A DNA stretch of 64,000 nt from Candidatus Cloacimonadota bacterium. Lineage in GTDB: Bacteria > Cloacimonadota > Cloacimonadia > JGIOTU-2. Below are positions 1 through 10,245 of this stretch, piece after piece. Numbering within the stretch: position 1 is the first letter of the stretch; the number at the start of each line of letters is the position of its first letter. Location: NCBI GenBank assembly GCA_030613025.1, contig JAUWMT010000002.1, forward strand, positions 19,945 to 83,944. The letters are read 5' to 3'. Made by a program: the position numbers and the translations under genes. The notes beneath the pieces are model-generated. The model had not been told where the DNA came from and made no database searches. It worked only from the letters and a program-made list of their open reading frames with translations.

Positions 1-19
1 ATTAGGAAATTATGTTGAA

Positions 20-811
20 ATGGATGGAAGACCAATAATTGGAAAAATTCCATTTATAGCCAGAAATGGTGCTATGTTATTAGAGGAATCCCCAGAAGAA
101 AGAGAGCTAAAAAGTTGGCAAAATGGAGAGTATAGTGGAACTGAACAGATTATTGCTAAAAGATGGAGAGAAACAACAAGAGGGTATGATTTAGACCTAT
201 TTAAGAAAAACCTTAAAAAAATTCGTAAAAAAACGAGAAAGGTAAACTCAGTTAATGATTTAAAAATTTTAGTTGAAGAACTTTTAGATATACCTTCTAA
301 CCAAATATACTATCTCAGATGGACAATTCAGAATTTGGATCTTGTCGGTGGACTTGAAAAAACAGTATTAGAAAGATGGCAGAAAAGTAATTATAGAACT
401 TTTAAGAGTTTTGCTCCTTATGCTTATTATTTTTATAAAGTAAATTTTGCATTTGAACTTGGTTTATTAAATAATCTATTTGGAACAAAGTCAACCAATA
501 GAGTAGATATTGAATATTTGTATTATTTACCTTTTACTGAAATTTTTTCTTCTGGCGATGATTTTTTGATTAAATTTTCTAAAATTTTTCTTAAGAAAAA
601 CCAATATTTTATAACTCGAGATGATTTAAAGGAAGACCTAAAAAGTATTTATGAATATTTTAATGAACATCCTGAAAAGGATAATAGTTATCCACCCGAG
701 AATAAAAATTCTTTTACATATCAGATTTGGCAAAAATACAGACCTACTCAACCATCCTCAATAAGTGAATGGTTAGAAAATATAAAGAAGCAAAGAGAAA
801 ATAAAACTTAA
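20..811 (+). CDS. hypothetical protein (no recognisable domain; start uncertain, reading frame is open to the window edge)
   Basis: 263-aa ORF from the ORF track; AGGAAA-like RBS before ATG at 20, but no in-frame stop between position 2 and 20, so it could extend upstream of the window. Confidence 0.45.
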   Translation: MDGRPIIGKIPFIARNGAMLLEESPEERELKSWQNGEYSGTEQIIAKRWRETTRGYDLDLFKKNLKKIRKKTRKVNSVNDLKILVEELLDIPSNQIYYLRWTIQNLDLVGGLEKTVLERWQKSNYRTFKSFAPYAYYFYKVNFAFELGLLNNLFGTKSTNRVDIEYLYYLPFTEIFSSGDDFLIKFSKIFLKKNQYFITRDDLKEDLKSIYEYFNEHPEKDNSYPPENKNSFTYQIWQKYRPTQPSSISEWLENIKKQRENKT

Positions 812-876
812 TTTTAAATATTTATAAGGAAAATTACAAAAAAGGAATTATACTAATATTAAGAAAGGATTTAACT

Positions 877-2475
877 ATGAAAACCATAAAAATAACAAGA
901 ATCTCAATATTAGTTATTTTGGTTTTATTAATAAGTTTTTCGCAACTACTATCACAAACTAATGAAGAAGAAGCAGAAAAACATTTTATTTTGGGTTATG
1001 AATATGGACAAAAGGGCTTAACAGATAAAGAGATAGAAGAATACAAACTTGCTATTAAATATAAACCAGATTATGCAGGTGCACATTATTATCTTGGAGT
1101 TGTATACGGTGAACAAGGCTTAACAGATAAAGCAATAGAAGAATATAAACTTGCCATAAAATACAAACCAGATTTGGCAGAAGCACATTATAATCTCGGA
1201 CTTATATACGGTGAACAAGGTTTAATAAATAGACAAATAGAAGAATACAAACTTGCTATTAAATACAAACCAGATTTGGCAGTTGCACATTATAATCTTG
1301 GTGCTTACTATCTAGAAAAAGGTTTAAAGGATAAAGCAATAGAAGAATATAAACTTGCTATTAAATATAAACCAGATTATGTAGAAGCACATTATAGTCT
1401 TGGTGTTGTATATTGTGAACAAGGTTTAATAGATAAAGCAATAGAAGAATACAAACTTGCTCTTAAATATAAACCAGATTATGCAGAAGCATACTGCAAT
1501 ATGGGATATGTTTATATTAATAAAGGTAACTATGATAAAGCAATAGTATGCTCTCAGAAAGCAATCAATATCAATTCAGAATGTGCAGCACTTGCATACT
1601 ACAATATGGGAATTGCTTATTTACTAAAAGACTTGGAAACAACTGCAGCTGATTATATTTATCAAGCAGGTTTGTTATATTTAAAACAGAATAAAAGGAA
1701 AGATGTCCTCAAAACAATTGATTGTATGAAGGATTATGTTCCTGATTCTCCACTTATTCCAATATTAATGCAAAAGTTATATTCAGAAGATATTGAGCAA
1801 TCTCCTAAAGATGCAGATGTAGAATACACTGGAAGTGGTTTTATCATACATAATGATGGTTTTATTGTTACCAATTATCATATAATAGAAGGAACAGAAA
1901 ATATTGATATTTATTTACCTTCAAAAGACGCACAATACAAAGCAAAGGTTTTTATCAAAGATATTAACAATGATATTGCTTTATTAAAGATTGATGATAC
2001 AAAATTTACCAAAGATATTAAAAATATTCCATTTGGTTTAGGAAATTCATCAGATATAAAAGTGGGACAGGAAGTCTTCACTATTGGTTTTCCAATGGGA
2101 GACATATTAGGAAAATCCGCTAAACTATCTACTGGGGTTGTAAATTCTATAATGGGAATATTAGATGACCCAACCTTAATCCAAATCAGCAATCCTATTC
2201 AACCAGGTAATAGTGGTGGTGCTCTTTTCAATAGTAATGGAGATGTAATTGGTATTGTAATAGCTTCTTTAAATGCTAAATATTTTTATGAAAGTGCAGA
2301 TATTATTCCACAAAATGTTAATTTTGCTATTAAAGTTGATTATCTAAAAAATCTTATTTCAATGCTACCAGATGGAGAGGATATACTAAATAAAAAAAGC
2401 CAGATAAGTAATTTGCCTTTAGAAACTCAATTTGAGAAAATAAAGCCATTTGTAGTTAATATTAAAGCATATTAA
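877..2475 (+). CDS. secreted TPR-repeat protein fused to a C-terminal trypsin-like (S1/DegP-type) serine peptidase domain
   Basis: N-terminal signal peptide; five or six 34-aa TPR units (EEYKLAIKYKPD...); C-terminal GNSGGALFNSNGDVIGIV catalytic-Ser motif plus His/Asp region typical of S1 peptidases. Confidence 0.8.
   Translation: MKTIKITRISILVILVLLISFSQLLSQTNEEEAEKHFILGYEYGQKGLTDKEIEEYKLAIKYKPDYAGAHYYLGVVYGEQGLTDKAIEEYKLAIKYKPDLAEAHYNLGLIYGEQGLINRQIEEYKLAIKYKPDLAVAHYNLGAYYLEKGLKDKAIEEYKLAIKYKPDYVEAHYSLGVVYCEQGLIDKAIEEYKLALKYKPDYAEAYCNMGYVYINKGNYDKAIVCSQKAININSECAALAYYNMGIAYLLKDLETTAADYIYQAGLLYLKQNKRKDVLKTIDCMKDYVPDSPLIPILMQKLYSEDIEQSPKDADVEYTGSGFIIHNDGFIVTNYHIIEGTENIDIYLPSKDAQYKAKVFIKDINNDIALLKIDDTKFTKDIKNIPFGLGNSSDIKVGQEVFTIGFPMGDILGKSAKLSTGVVNSIMGILDDPTLIQISNPIQPGNSGGALFNSNGDVIGIVIASLNAKYFYESADIIPQNVNFAIKVDYLKNLISMLPDGEDILNKKSQISNLPLETQFEKIKPFVVNIKAY
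1021..1530 (+). repeat. five tandem, near-identical 102-bp DNA repeats encoding the TPR units
   Basis: repeated ...acagataaagcaatagaagaatacaaacttgctattaaatataaaccagat... blocks seen directly; a sixth degenerate unit follows. Confidence 0.8.
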
Positions 2476-2552
2476 GAAGCTGCTGTTCACCTATTGTAAC
2501 AGGATTTGTAATCCCGTTTAATTAAAATATGAATTTTTTTTATGAAGAAGTA

Positions 2553-2590
2553 AACACCATTATAAATGGTGTTGGATCGTTTATTTGAAG
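2553..2590 (+). terminator. hairpin aacaccat-tataa-atggtgtt followed by a T-rich tract; likely terminator of the protease gene
   Basis: perfect 8-bp stem at 2553-2573, then ggatcgtttattt. Confidence 0.45.
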
Positions 2591-2810
2591 ATTATTTTTA
2601 TATGAATCAAAATATTCATTTCCTTAAGACAAAACACCTCCTCCGATAAATCGGAGACTCCTCTTCCGTCTTCATTTCATTACGCCGAGATAAGCAAGAA
2701 GTGATTTTCTCTGCCTGCCAAGGCGTAGGGGAACAAAGACTTGTGCTCTCTGTGGTCTCTGTGGTGAATTCTTTTTTTTTTCGGTTTATCCGAGTTAGGA
2801 AGATAGTAAT

Positions 2811-3980
2811 ATGAAAGATAAAATTTTACTTTGTTTGAAGTTGCTGCTAATTGTGCTGCTCATTGTTGTGGGATCAATAATCTCAGTGAAAGTTTGGTCA
2901 GGAAAAGAGGAAGAATTAGAAGCTGTTACCGAGATCGTCATCGAAAAAAATATGACAATTGCCCAGATAGGAAAGGTAAATGGGCTGTCCAATATTGTGC
3001 TGAAAAATGCCTTTCAATTACAATCTAAAGAAGATCTTCAAAAGAAATTTTATGAAACCGGTATTACAATCGAAGAAGCAAAAAGTAGGATTATAAAATC
3101 ATTTGTCCTGCAGTCTGAAGATGCATCAAAGGATTGGAAGAAGATCGCAGCAAAATTTGTATTGTGGATTGCATTTCTAATTTTCATTTTTACGCTTATC
3201 AGAAAAAAGAAGATCAAAACAAAACTTCGGAACCGGTTATATTTTATTGCATTTGTGCTTTTTGGTATTGTGCTTGGAGCAGACCCGTCACCGATGGGAA
3301 CAATTAAAGACAATTTTGTGCTTCTCGGTTCATTTCATGTTATCTTTCCCCCTCGAGTTGTTGCTCTTTTTGTTATGCTTTTGATGGTCGTGCTGGTGAA
3401 TAAATTCATCTGCTCGTGGGGATGCCAGCTTGGGACGTTGCAGGATCTCATTTTCAGGATTAATAAAGATAAAAATGGGAAACCGGTTATTGCGAAAGTC
3501 AAAATTCCATTTGTGATGACTAACACGATTCGAATCATTTTCTTTCTTGTGTTTGCAGTTATTGCTTTAGTTTGGGCATTTGATATTATCGAACCGGTCG
3601 ATCTGTTTAAAATATTCAAGCCATCTGCGCTTGGTATTATCGGGATTATTTTTGCAGCGATCATGTTAAGTCTTTCGCTCATTATTTACCGTCCCTGGTG
3701 CCATCTCTTATGCCCATTTGGTCTGGTGGGCTGGATAGCAGAAAAGATAAGCATCATAAAAATAAAGGTAAATTATGAAAAATGTATTGCGTGTGGAGCA
3801 TGTGTGAAAAGTTGTCCATCAACAGCAATGGAGGCGATAATCAAGCATAAGAAAACAATTCCCGATTGCTTTTCCTGTGCATCCTGTATAGAAAGTTGCC
3901 CGGTCGATGCGATCGAATTTAAAGCCGGAAAGAGACAGAAGCCAACGAAAGAAATACTGGAGAAATTAGAAAGAGTTTAG
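2811..3980 (+). CDS. NapH/MauN/YccM-family membrane polyferredoxin (4Fe-4S binding membrane protein)
   Basis: two CX3CP motifs inside TM segments (CSWGCQLG, CHLLCPFG) and a C-terminal 2x[4Fe-4S] ferredoxin domain (CIACGACVKSCP, CFSCASCIESCP). Confidence 0.7.
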   Translation: MKDKILLCLKLLLIVLLIVVGSIISVKVWSGKEEELEAVTEIVIEKNMTIAQIGKVNGLSNIVLKNAFQLQSKEDLQKKFYETGITIEEAKSRIIKSFVLQSEDASKDWKKIAAKFVLWIAFLIFIFTLIRKKKIKTKLRNRLYFIAFVLFGIVLGADPSPMGTIKDNFVLLGSFHVIFPPRVVALFVMLLMVVLVNKFICSWGCQLGTLQDLIFRINKDKNGKPVIAKVKIPFVMTNTIRIIFFLVFAVIALVWAFDIIEPVDLFKIFKPSALGIIGIIFAAIMLSLSLIIYRPWCHLLCPFGLVGWIAEKISIIKIKVNYEKCIACGACVKSCPSTAMEAIIKHKKTIPDCFSCASCIESCPVDAIEFKAGKRQKPTKEILEKLERV

Positions 3981-4146
3981 GCACTTAACTCTAAATTCCT
4001 TATCCCGAAAGTCTTCGGAAGCAAAAAATTTCCAGCAACTAACAAAAACTAACAATAATATTTTTTTGATTTTTTTGTTAGATTTTGTTCGTTTTGTTCG
4101 TTGCTAAATGATTTTTGGTTTCAGTTTATACGAGCTATGTTAAATT

Positions 4147-4188
4147 AAAAAAAACACGGAATCAAAATCGACTCCGTGCTTTTATTTA
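4147..4188. terminator. bidirectional rho-independent terminator between the napH-like gene and hppA
   Basis: A8-cacgga-N12-tccgtg-cttttattt; on the minus strand the hairpin is followed by T8. Confidence 0.6.
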
Positions 4189-4206
4189 TGTTTGGGGGTT
4201 AAGAAA

Positions 4207-6411
4207 TTACATGATTCCGAGGAACTGCTGAATTGCAGGTGAGAACGCAACGATCAGACCCGCAAAAACAATACTCACCATACTCATCAATTTAATAAGA
4301 ATATTAATTGAAGGACCGGCAGTATCTTTGAAAGGATCTCCGACAGTATCACCTACTACACATGCCTTATGAATTTCTGAGCCCTTACCGCCGTAGTGTC
4401 CGATCTCGACATATTTTTTTGCATTATCCCAAGCACCACCTGAGTTGTTCATCATAACTGCAAGAGTAAAACCGGTTGTCAGTCCACCGACGAGGAGTCC
4501 CATCACGCCGGCAACACCAAGAATTAGACCCACGATAATAGGAGTGAGAATGCCGAGAAGCGCCGGAGCGACCATTTCTTTCTGAGCACCTTTAGTTGAG
4601 ATGTACACGCATTTTGCATATTCGGGCTCAGCTGTACCTTCCAGAATACCGGGAATTTCTTTAAATTGACGGCGAACTTCCGCAACCATATCACCCGCCG
4701 CACGACCAACTGCTTTGAGCGTCATCGCTGCAAAGACAAAGGTAACCATTGCGCCAATAAAGATGCCGACAAGCGTTTTGGGATTCATAAGTGTAATATT
4801 ATAATGTTCAACAAAATTGGCAATAGAAGCAGTACTCAGATCAACACCTGCGATAAGTGTTTCTCCTGCTAACTTCAAACCAGTTCGAACTTCTTCAAGA
4901 TAAGCTGCGAGAAGTGCCATTGCAGTTAGCGCAGCAGAACCGATTGCAAATCCTTTTCCTGTTGCAGCAGTTGTATTTCCAACAGAGTCGAGGGCGTCTG
5001 TACGTTCCCGTACTTCTTTAGGAAGTTTGGACATCTCAGCATTGCCGCCTGCATTATCTGCAATAGGACCAAAGGCATCCATGGCAAGGGTAACACCGAG
5101 TGTAGAAAGCATACCTACTGCACCAAAACCAATACCGTACAATCCCATTTCCGGAATAAGGAAACCTTTACTCACCGCAAAGGCGGAAATGATAGCAATA
5201 GCAATAATAATAACAGGAGCACCTGTAGAGTTCATCCCAACTGCAAGTCCATCTATGATAACAGTTGCAGGTCCGTATTCAGCTTGTTCTACGATTCCTT
5301 TCGTTGGTTTAAAACTGTAAGAAGTGGAACGTTCCGTGAACACACCAATTAAAATACCCGCAAGCAATCCAATAACCGATGCAAAAAAGACGCCTAGTGA
5401 ATATTCCGGTGGAAGCATCCATTTTGTAACAAAGAATGCAACAATTGCAATGAGGATCGAGCTGCCGTACACGCCTTTGTTCAATGCGAACATGAGATCT
5501 TTTGTGGTGGCGTCCTCTTTTGTAGAAACCAGATAAATACCAAGAATTGAGAGAAATGCACCGATACCGGCAAGGATCATTGGGGCAGTGACAAAACGGA
5601 TTGCAATGTCCTGCAAAGCAGGTATTTTTATAGAGATCTGCGTGAAAGCAGCCATACCCAGTGCTGCTGTAGCCAATATCGAGCCGCAGTATGATTCATA
5701 AAGATCAGCCCCCATTCCTGCTACATCACCCACATTATCACCAACATTGTCTGCGATAGTGGCAGGATTTCGTGGGTCATCTTCCGGAATGCCGGCTTCG
5801 ATCTTTCCTACAAGGTCAGCTCCCACATCGGCAGCTTTGGTATAAATACCTCCACCAAGACGAGCAAAAAGAGCTTGGGTTGATGCACCCATTCCAAAGC
5901 TAAGCATCACAACTGTAATTGTATGAAGATCCATTTTGAAGGCATTCAGCACAAAGAACCATGCAGAGATATCAATTAGTGCAAGTCCCACAACTACAAG
6001 TCCCATCACACCACCGGCGCGGAACGCAATAGTTAAGCCCTTATTAAGACTTTGCCGTGCGCCCTGGGCGGTTCTGTTTGAGGCAAGTGTAGCTGTGTTC
6101 ATGCCGATCCAGCCAGCAAGTCCGCTGAAGAAACCACCGGTTAAAAATGCCCATGGAATAAGCGGGTGGAGTACTTTCAGCACCCAAGCCATAATGTTAA
6201 AAACTATAAAAGCAGCGATAAAAAATATTCCTACTCCTTTATACTGCTGTTTAAGATAAGCGAATGCTCCTTCTCGCACATACTTGGCGATTTTCTGCAT
6301 TTGCTCATTGCCGGGATCTTCTTTCTTTACGCTTCTATAAAGAATAAAGGCAAAGATCAGAGCGACGATAGCACCACTTGGAGCCACGATCCATAACAAA
6401 GGTATGTTCAT
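4207..6411 (-). CDS. hppA: membrane-bound proton/sodium-translocating pyrophosphatase
   Basis: 734 aa, about 16 TM helices, hallmark DNVGDNVGD and GGxxxNAKKYxE motifs. Confidence 0.95.
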   Translation of the reverse strand: MNIPLLWIVAPSGAIVALIFAFILYRSVKKEDPGNEQMQKIAKYVREGAFAYLKQQYKGVGIFFIAAFIVFNIMAWVLKVLHPLIPWAFLTGGFFSGLAGWIGMNTATLASNRTAQGARQSLNKGLTIAFRAGGVMGLVVVGLALIDISAWFFVLNAFKMDLHTITVVMLSFGMGASTQALFARLGGGIYTKAADVGADLVGKIEAGIPEDDPRNPATIADNVGDNVGDVAGMGADLYESYCGSILATAALGMAAFTQISIKIPALQDIAIRFVTAPMILAGIGAFLSILGIYLVSTKEDATTKDLMFALNKGVYGSSILIAIVAFFVTKWMLPPEYSLGVFFASVIGLLAGILIGVFTERSTSYSFKPTKGIVEQAEYGPATVIIDGLAVGMNSTGAPVIIIAIAIISAFAVSKGFLIPEMGLYGIGFGAVGMLSTLGVTLAMDAFGPIADNAGGNAEMSKLPKEVRERTDALDSVGNTTAATGKGFAIGSAALTAMALLAAYLEEVRTGLKLAGETLIAGVDLSTASIANFVEHYNITLMNPKTLVGIFIGAMVTFVFAAMTLKAVGRAAGDMVAEVRRQFKEIPGILEGTAEPEYAKCVYISTKGAQKEMVAPALLGILTPIIVGLILGVAGVMGLLVGGLTTGFTLAVMMNNSGGAWDNAKKYVEIGHYGGKGSEIHKACVVGDTVGDPFKDTAGPSINILIKLMSMVSIVFAGLIVAFSPAIQQFLGIM

Positions 6412-6642
6412 GAAGAATCCTCCTGAAATTAATGTAAATATGACGACAAATTTTTAACCCCCTCTGCTTTGTCAAGGATTGGGAGGTCGGGATGAACAGA
6501 ATGGTGTGCAAGCCATGAATTTAGTACAAATGTCCTCATTTGCTTACGCAACTCACAAAACTCTTGACAACAAAATCCATTAAATTATTGGAATCACATA
6601 ACTTCGGTGGGCAATCGAAGGGAAAAGTTGGTTGGAGGAACC

Positions 6643-8859
6643 ATGATGAAAAAGGTCCTTATAATTTTTACTACTATACTCATGCTCTGTAGCGTGACCC
6701 ACGCAATGGATAATATTGATAAGCTACAAATGCTCAAAAAACTAAAAGATGTATCCTTCTCATCCATAGCACTTGAGAACGAACGCGACCAGGAAATTGC
6801 ACAAATATCTTCAACAAAAAAAGGTGAATTTGAAACTACTGAAATGTATAATAAAAGAATGCAGAACGTTGCAAAAGAAAAAGAAGATATCAAAACTGAA
6901 TATGCCCAGAAAATCGACTTTGCTCGAAGAAAATTCTATGAAAGGAAGCAGGAGCTCGAGCAGGAAATCCAGCAATTATTAAATGAGACAAAAGAGACTG
7001 TGACGAGTTCAATAACAGTTGGCAACTATGATGCCGATAAACAACAATTCAGTATTTATGTTTCAAAAGAAGGGAAAAATAACAGTATCTATGTGCCAAT
7101 TGCCCTTGCGAAACAGTTCAAAGATGATGCAAATCTTTTAACAGCAAAAGGAATCCGGAAGCTAAAAATCAATGAAACGTGGGATTACTATAACTGGAGC
7201 ATTGACTACAACAACCAGTCCTTTGCTTTCGGCACACAGACTAAAGAAATCGATCCTGTTTATGTAAAAGCAAAACCAACTGCACCACCAGACCTGAAAG
7301 TTGTATCTATTGATTTCAAGGATAATAATAACGATATGTTCATTGAGGGTGATGAATCTGGAACGCTCACTATCAAAATAAAGAATTCCGGGAAAGGATC
7401 TGCAGTCGGTATTTCTGCGAACCTAAAACCAGCGGAGAATTATTCATTCCTGGAACATAGAAACCAGAGATTTATTTCCGAGATAAAACCCGGCGAAGTT
7501 GATGAGATTGAATTCAATATCTATGCAAACAAAAGCACGCCAACTCAGGATTGCCGCTATACTATTACCTTTGATGAAATTAATGGCTTCTTCCCTGATC
7601 CGGTTACTTGTAGTTTTCAGACCAAGCAACTTGAACCGCCCATGTTCTTCGTAGAAAAAGGTATCGAAGATGCGAGCGGAAACTACAGCATAGAACAACA
7701 AGAGATCGTTACAGTTACACTTCGGCTTGCAAACTCGGGTGGTGCCGGAAAAGATGTTACGCTTAATATTAAGAACACCAGCAGTGATGTATCTTTTACA
7801 GGTGGTTCAAAAACAAGATTTACATGGGAGAAGATAGATAAGGGTGATTACAAAGATGTCAGTTTCGGATTTTATACAAACAAGAAAATTAAGGACGAGA
7901 TACCTCTCTCGGTTGTCGTTTCTGCAGAAGATTATTCCAGAGAATTTCCTTTGAATTTAAAGATAAAACAAAAAGAGATGTCTCCACAGGAGTTTGCATT
8001 TACAGGTATAGAAGGAGAGGATAAGGAATACAAAATACCCGGATTGGTCATTGATATTGAGCAGGATATTCCTCAAACGACAAAGATAAACAAAGATGCG
8101 GTCGCGGTTGTGATTGGAAATAGAAATTATAATAAAAGCACTGTACCTGCGGTTGAATTTGCCAATAGAGATGCTGCATATATGAAGAAATATATTACAA
8201 ATACTTTGGGCTATAGGGAAGGAAATATTATCTATGTGAATGATGCTACACAGGCGGATTTTAATAGTATATTCGGCACAAAAGAAAATTTTAAAGGGAA
8301 ATTGCACAACTATATCAAATCGGGACAATCAGATATATTTATCTATTACAGCGGACACGGCGCACCCGATCTTCAAAGCAAGCATGGCTACTTTGTGCCT
8401 GTTGATTGCGATCCTTCTCTTGTTGCATTAAACGGATATTCCCTCGATACCTTTTACGGCAATCTCTCAAAACTGGATTACAGTTCTCTTACTGTTGTGA
8501 TAGACGCATGTTTTAGCGGTTCATCAGAAAAGGGAATGCTCATTAAAGACATTTCGCCCGTATTTATAAATGTGAAGAATCCGGTTGTTTCAAAGAAGAA
8601 TACAACGGTCTTTACTTCAGCCACTGGTGAGCAGGTATCTTCCTGGTACAGGGATAAAAAACACTCGCTATTTTCCTACTATTTTATGAAAGGATTACAG
8701 GGAAATGCTGATGCAAATAATGATAAAAAGCTAACTGTTGAAGAGATGCAAATCTACATTGATGATAATGTGCCCTATCAAGCTAGAAGACAAAAAAACC
8801 TCGAACAAACTCCGCAGTTGATCGGTGATAAGAATAAAGTTATTGTTGAGTATGAATAA
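6643..8859 (+). CDS. secreted multi-domain protein with C-terminal caspase-like (peptidase C14) domain
   Basis: start moved to ATG 6643 (GGAGG RBS; signal peptide MMKKVLIIFTTILMLCSVTHA); N-terminal coiled coil, beta-rich middle, C-terminal His/Cys dyad region (YYSGHGAP ... VVIDACFSGS). Confidence 0.75.
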   Translation: MMKKVLIIFTTILMLCSVTHAMDNIDKLQMLKKLKDVSFSSIALENERDQEIAQISSTKKGEFETTEMYNKRMQNVAKEKEDIKTEYAQKIDFARRKFYERKQELEQEIQQLLNETKETVTSSITVGNYDADKQQFSIYVSKEGKNNSIYVPIALAKQFKDDANLLTAKGIRKLKINETWDYYNWSIDYNNQSFAFGTQTKEIDPVYVKAKPTAPPDLKVVSIDFKDNNNDMFIEGDESGTLTIKIKNSGKGSAVGISANLKPAENYSFLEHRNQRFISEIKPGEVDEIEFNIYANKSTPTQDCRYTITFDEINGFFPDPVTCSFQTKQLEPPMFFVEKGIEDASGNYSIEQQEIVTVTLRLANSGGAGKDVTLNIKNTSSDVSFTGGSKTRFTWEKIDKGDYKDVSFGFYTNKKIKDEIPLSVVVSAEDYSREFPLNLKIKQKEMSPQEFAFTGIEGEDKEYKIPGLVIDIEQDIPQTTKINKDAVAVVIGNRNYNKSTVPAVEFANRDAAYMKKYITNTLGYREGNIIYVNDATQADFNSIFGTKENFKGKLHNYIKSGQSDIFIYYSGHGAPDLQSKHGYFVPVDCDPSLVALNGYSLDTFYGNLSKLDYSSLTVVIDACFSGSSEKGMLIKDISPVFINVKNPVVSKKNTTVFTSATGEQVSSWYRDKKHSLFSYYFMKGLQGNADANNDKKLTVEEMQIYIDDNVPYQARRQKNLEQTPQLIGDKNKVIVEYE

Positions 8860-8866
8860 AAGTAAC

Positions 8867-9020
8867 GCAAGATTCCAATCTTGCTTTATCCGCTCTTTAC
8901 CAAGCCCTCTGCTTGGTAAAGCAGAAGCTGGGGCTTCCGGATTTAGTTCCGTTACCAATTTAGGAATTGGTAAAGAGAGGAAAGTGGAGAATTTGCGTAA
9001 AACAAGATTCCGATCTTGTT
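8867..9020. repeat. cluster of hairpin (REP-like) repeats downstream of the caspase-like gene
   Basis: gcaagattccaatcttgc (8867-8884); ctttaccaagc-cctct-gcttggtaaag (8895-8921); ttaccaattt-agg-aattggtaa (8952-8973); aacaagattccgatcttgtt (9001-9020). Confidence 0.7.
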
Positions 9021-9043
9021 ATTGATGAAATGAAGGAAACGAT

Positions 9044-10069
9044 ATGAAAAAATTATTACTTTTAATTGGCGCACTACTCATTGCAGTTCCCCTCTACACC
9101 CAGCAGATAACAAATGTGAACCATAAAATTGAGGAAGGCAGAATAGTAATTACATACGATTTAAGTGGAACAGATGAATATGAATACACCGTTTCTATTC
9201 AAGCAAAAAACAACGCGGGACAGCAAATTAAACCAGAAATTGTAGTTGGTGATATCGGTTATGTAGAACCAGGGAATAGTAAAACCATTTACTGGGAGCC
9301 ACAGCTAGAAGGACGAAACCTAGAAGGGTGGATTATCTCTCTTGATTTAAAGTATAAAGAAAATCCAATGGTCTTCGTCCAGGGTGGCACCTTCCAGATG
9401 GGTAGCAATAGTGGGGACAGTGACGAAAAGCCGGTTCACAGTGTAACGGTGAGTGATTTTTATATTGGGAAATATGAAGTAACCCAAACGGAATGGAAAG
9501 AAGTGATGGGTAATAATCCGAGTTTTAGGAAAGGCGATAATTTCCCTGTAGAAAAAGTGAGCTGGTATGATGCAGTAGAATTTTGTAATAAGAAAAGCAG
9601 AGCAAAAGGTCTCACACCTTGCTACACAGGTAGTGGGAAAAACATAACGTGCAATTTTAATGCAAATGGTTATCGCTTACCCACCGAGGCGGAATGGGAG
9701 TATGCAGCGAGAGGTGGTAATAAGTCGAAAGGATATACCTATTCCGGGAGTAATACTATTGGCAATGTCGCATGGTATAATAATAATTCGGGAATCACAA
9801 CCCATCCAGTTGGTAAGAAGCATCCCAATGAACTTGGTATTTATGACATGAGTGGCAATGTTTTTGAGTGGTGCTGGGATTGGAAAGGAAGTTATGGCAG
9901 CAGTTCACAAACAAATCCTACAGGTGCCAGTGACGGCTCTCGTCGTGTGCGTCGCGGCGGTAGCTTGTACAGCGTTGCCATGTACTGCCGGGTTGCTATT
10001 CGCCACCACAGCATTCCAGATCTCACACTCAACTACATAGGCTTCCGATTGCTCCGCGGTTCAAAGTAA
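9044..10069 (+). CDS. FGE-sulfatase (SUMF1/formylglycine-generating-enzyme-like) domain protein, secreted
   Basis: signal peptide; motifs typical of the family (YRLPTEAEWEYAARGG, YDMSGNVFEWCWD, RVRRGGS). Confidence 0.8.
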   Translation: MKKLLLLIGALLIAVPLYTQQITNVNHKIEEGRIVITYDLSGTDEYEYTVSIQAKNNAGQQIKPEIVVGDIGYVEPGNSKTIYWEPQLEGRNLEGWIISLDLKYKENPMVFVQGGTFQMGSNSGDSDEKPVHSVTVSDFYIGKYEVTQTEWKEVMGNNPSFRKGDNFPVEKVSWYDAVEFCNKKSRAKGLTPCYTGSGKNITCNFNANGYRLPTEAEWEYAARGGNKSKGYTYSGSNTIGNVAWYNNNSGITTHPVGKKHPNELGIYDMSGNVFEWCWDWKGSYGSSSQTNPTGASDGSRRVRRGGSLYSVAMYCRVAIRHHSIPDLTLNYIGFRLLRGSK

Positions 10070-10187
10070 TCCATCTTGTTTTGAGCAGAGAAATGCGAAC
10101 AAAAGTGAAACAGGGAGTGCTTTTGGAGTAAAACAACCGTGTTGTTTTATGCAAAATCACGGGTTTTGCACTCCAAAGTTAAAATAA

Positions 10188-10207
10188 AACAAGATTCCAA
10201 TCTTGTT
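10188..10207. repeat. hairpin repeat aacaagattccaatcttgtt (same family as 9001-9020)
   Basis: direct sequence match with one loop substitution. Confidence 0.7.
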
Positions 10208-10245
10208 TATAAAGGAAATATAATAAATTGATTTAAGGAAATTTT

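Noticed and set aside
2620-2790. A named riboswitch class, tmRNA, SRP RNA or RNase P RNA in the napH-like leader
   Set aside because: None of the conserved cores I know for these RNAs is present; reported only as an unclassified structured leader.
1911-6396. Numerous short antisense or overlapping ORFs from the six-frame track (e.g. 1911-2192 -, 2795-2992 -, 3335-3682 -, 4524-4709 -, 5027-5320 +, 5936-6259 +, and many similar ones throughout)
   Set aside because: They lie entirely inside strongly supported genes on the opposite strand or alternate frame and have no RBS or motif support; treated as spurious.
6607-6642. ORF-track start 6607 for the caspase-like protein
   Set aside because: ATG 6643 has a GGAGG RBS and yields a canonical signal peptide; the 12 extra residues (MGNRREKLVGGT) lack an RBS.
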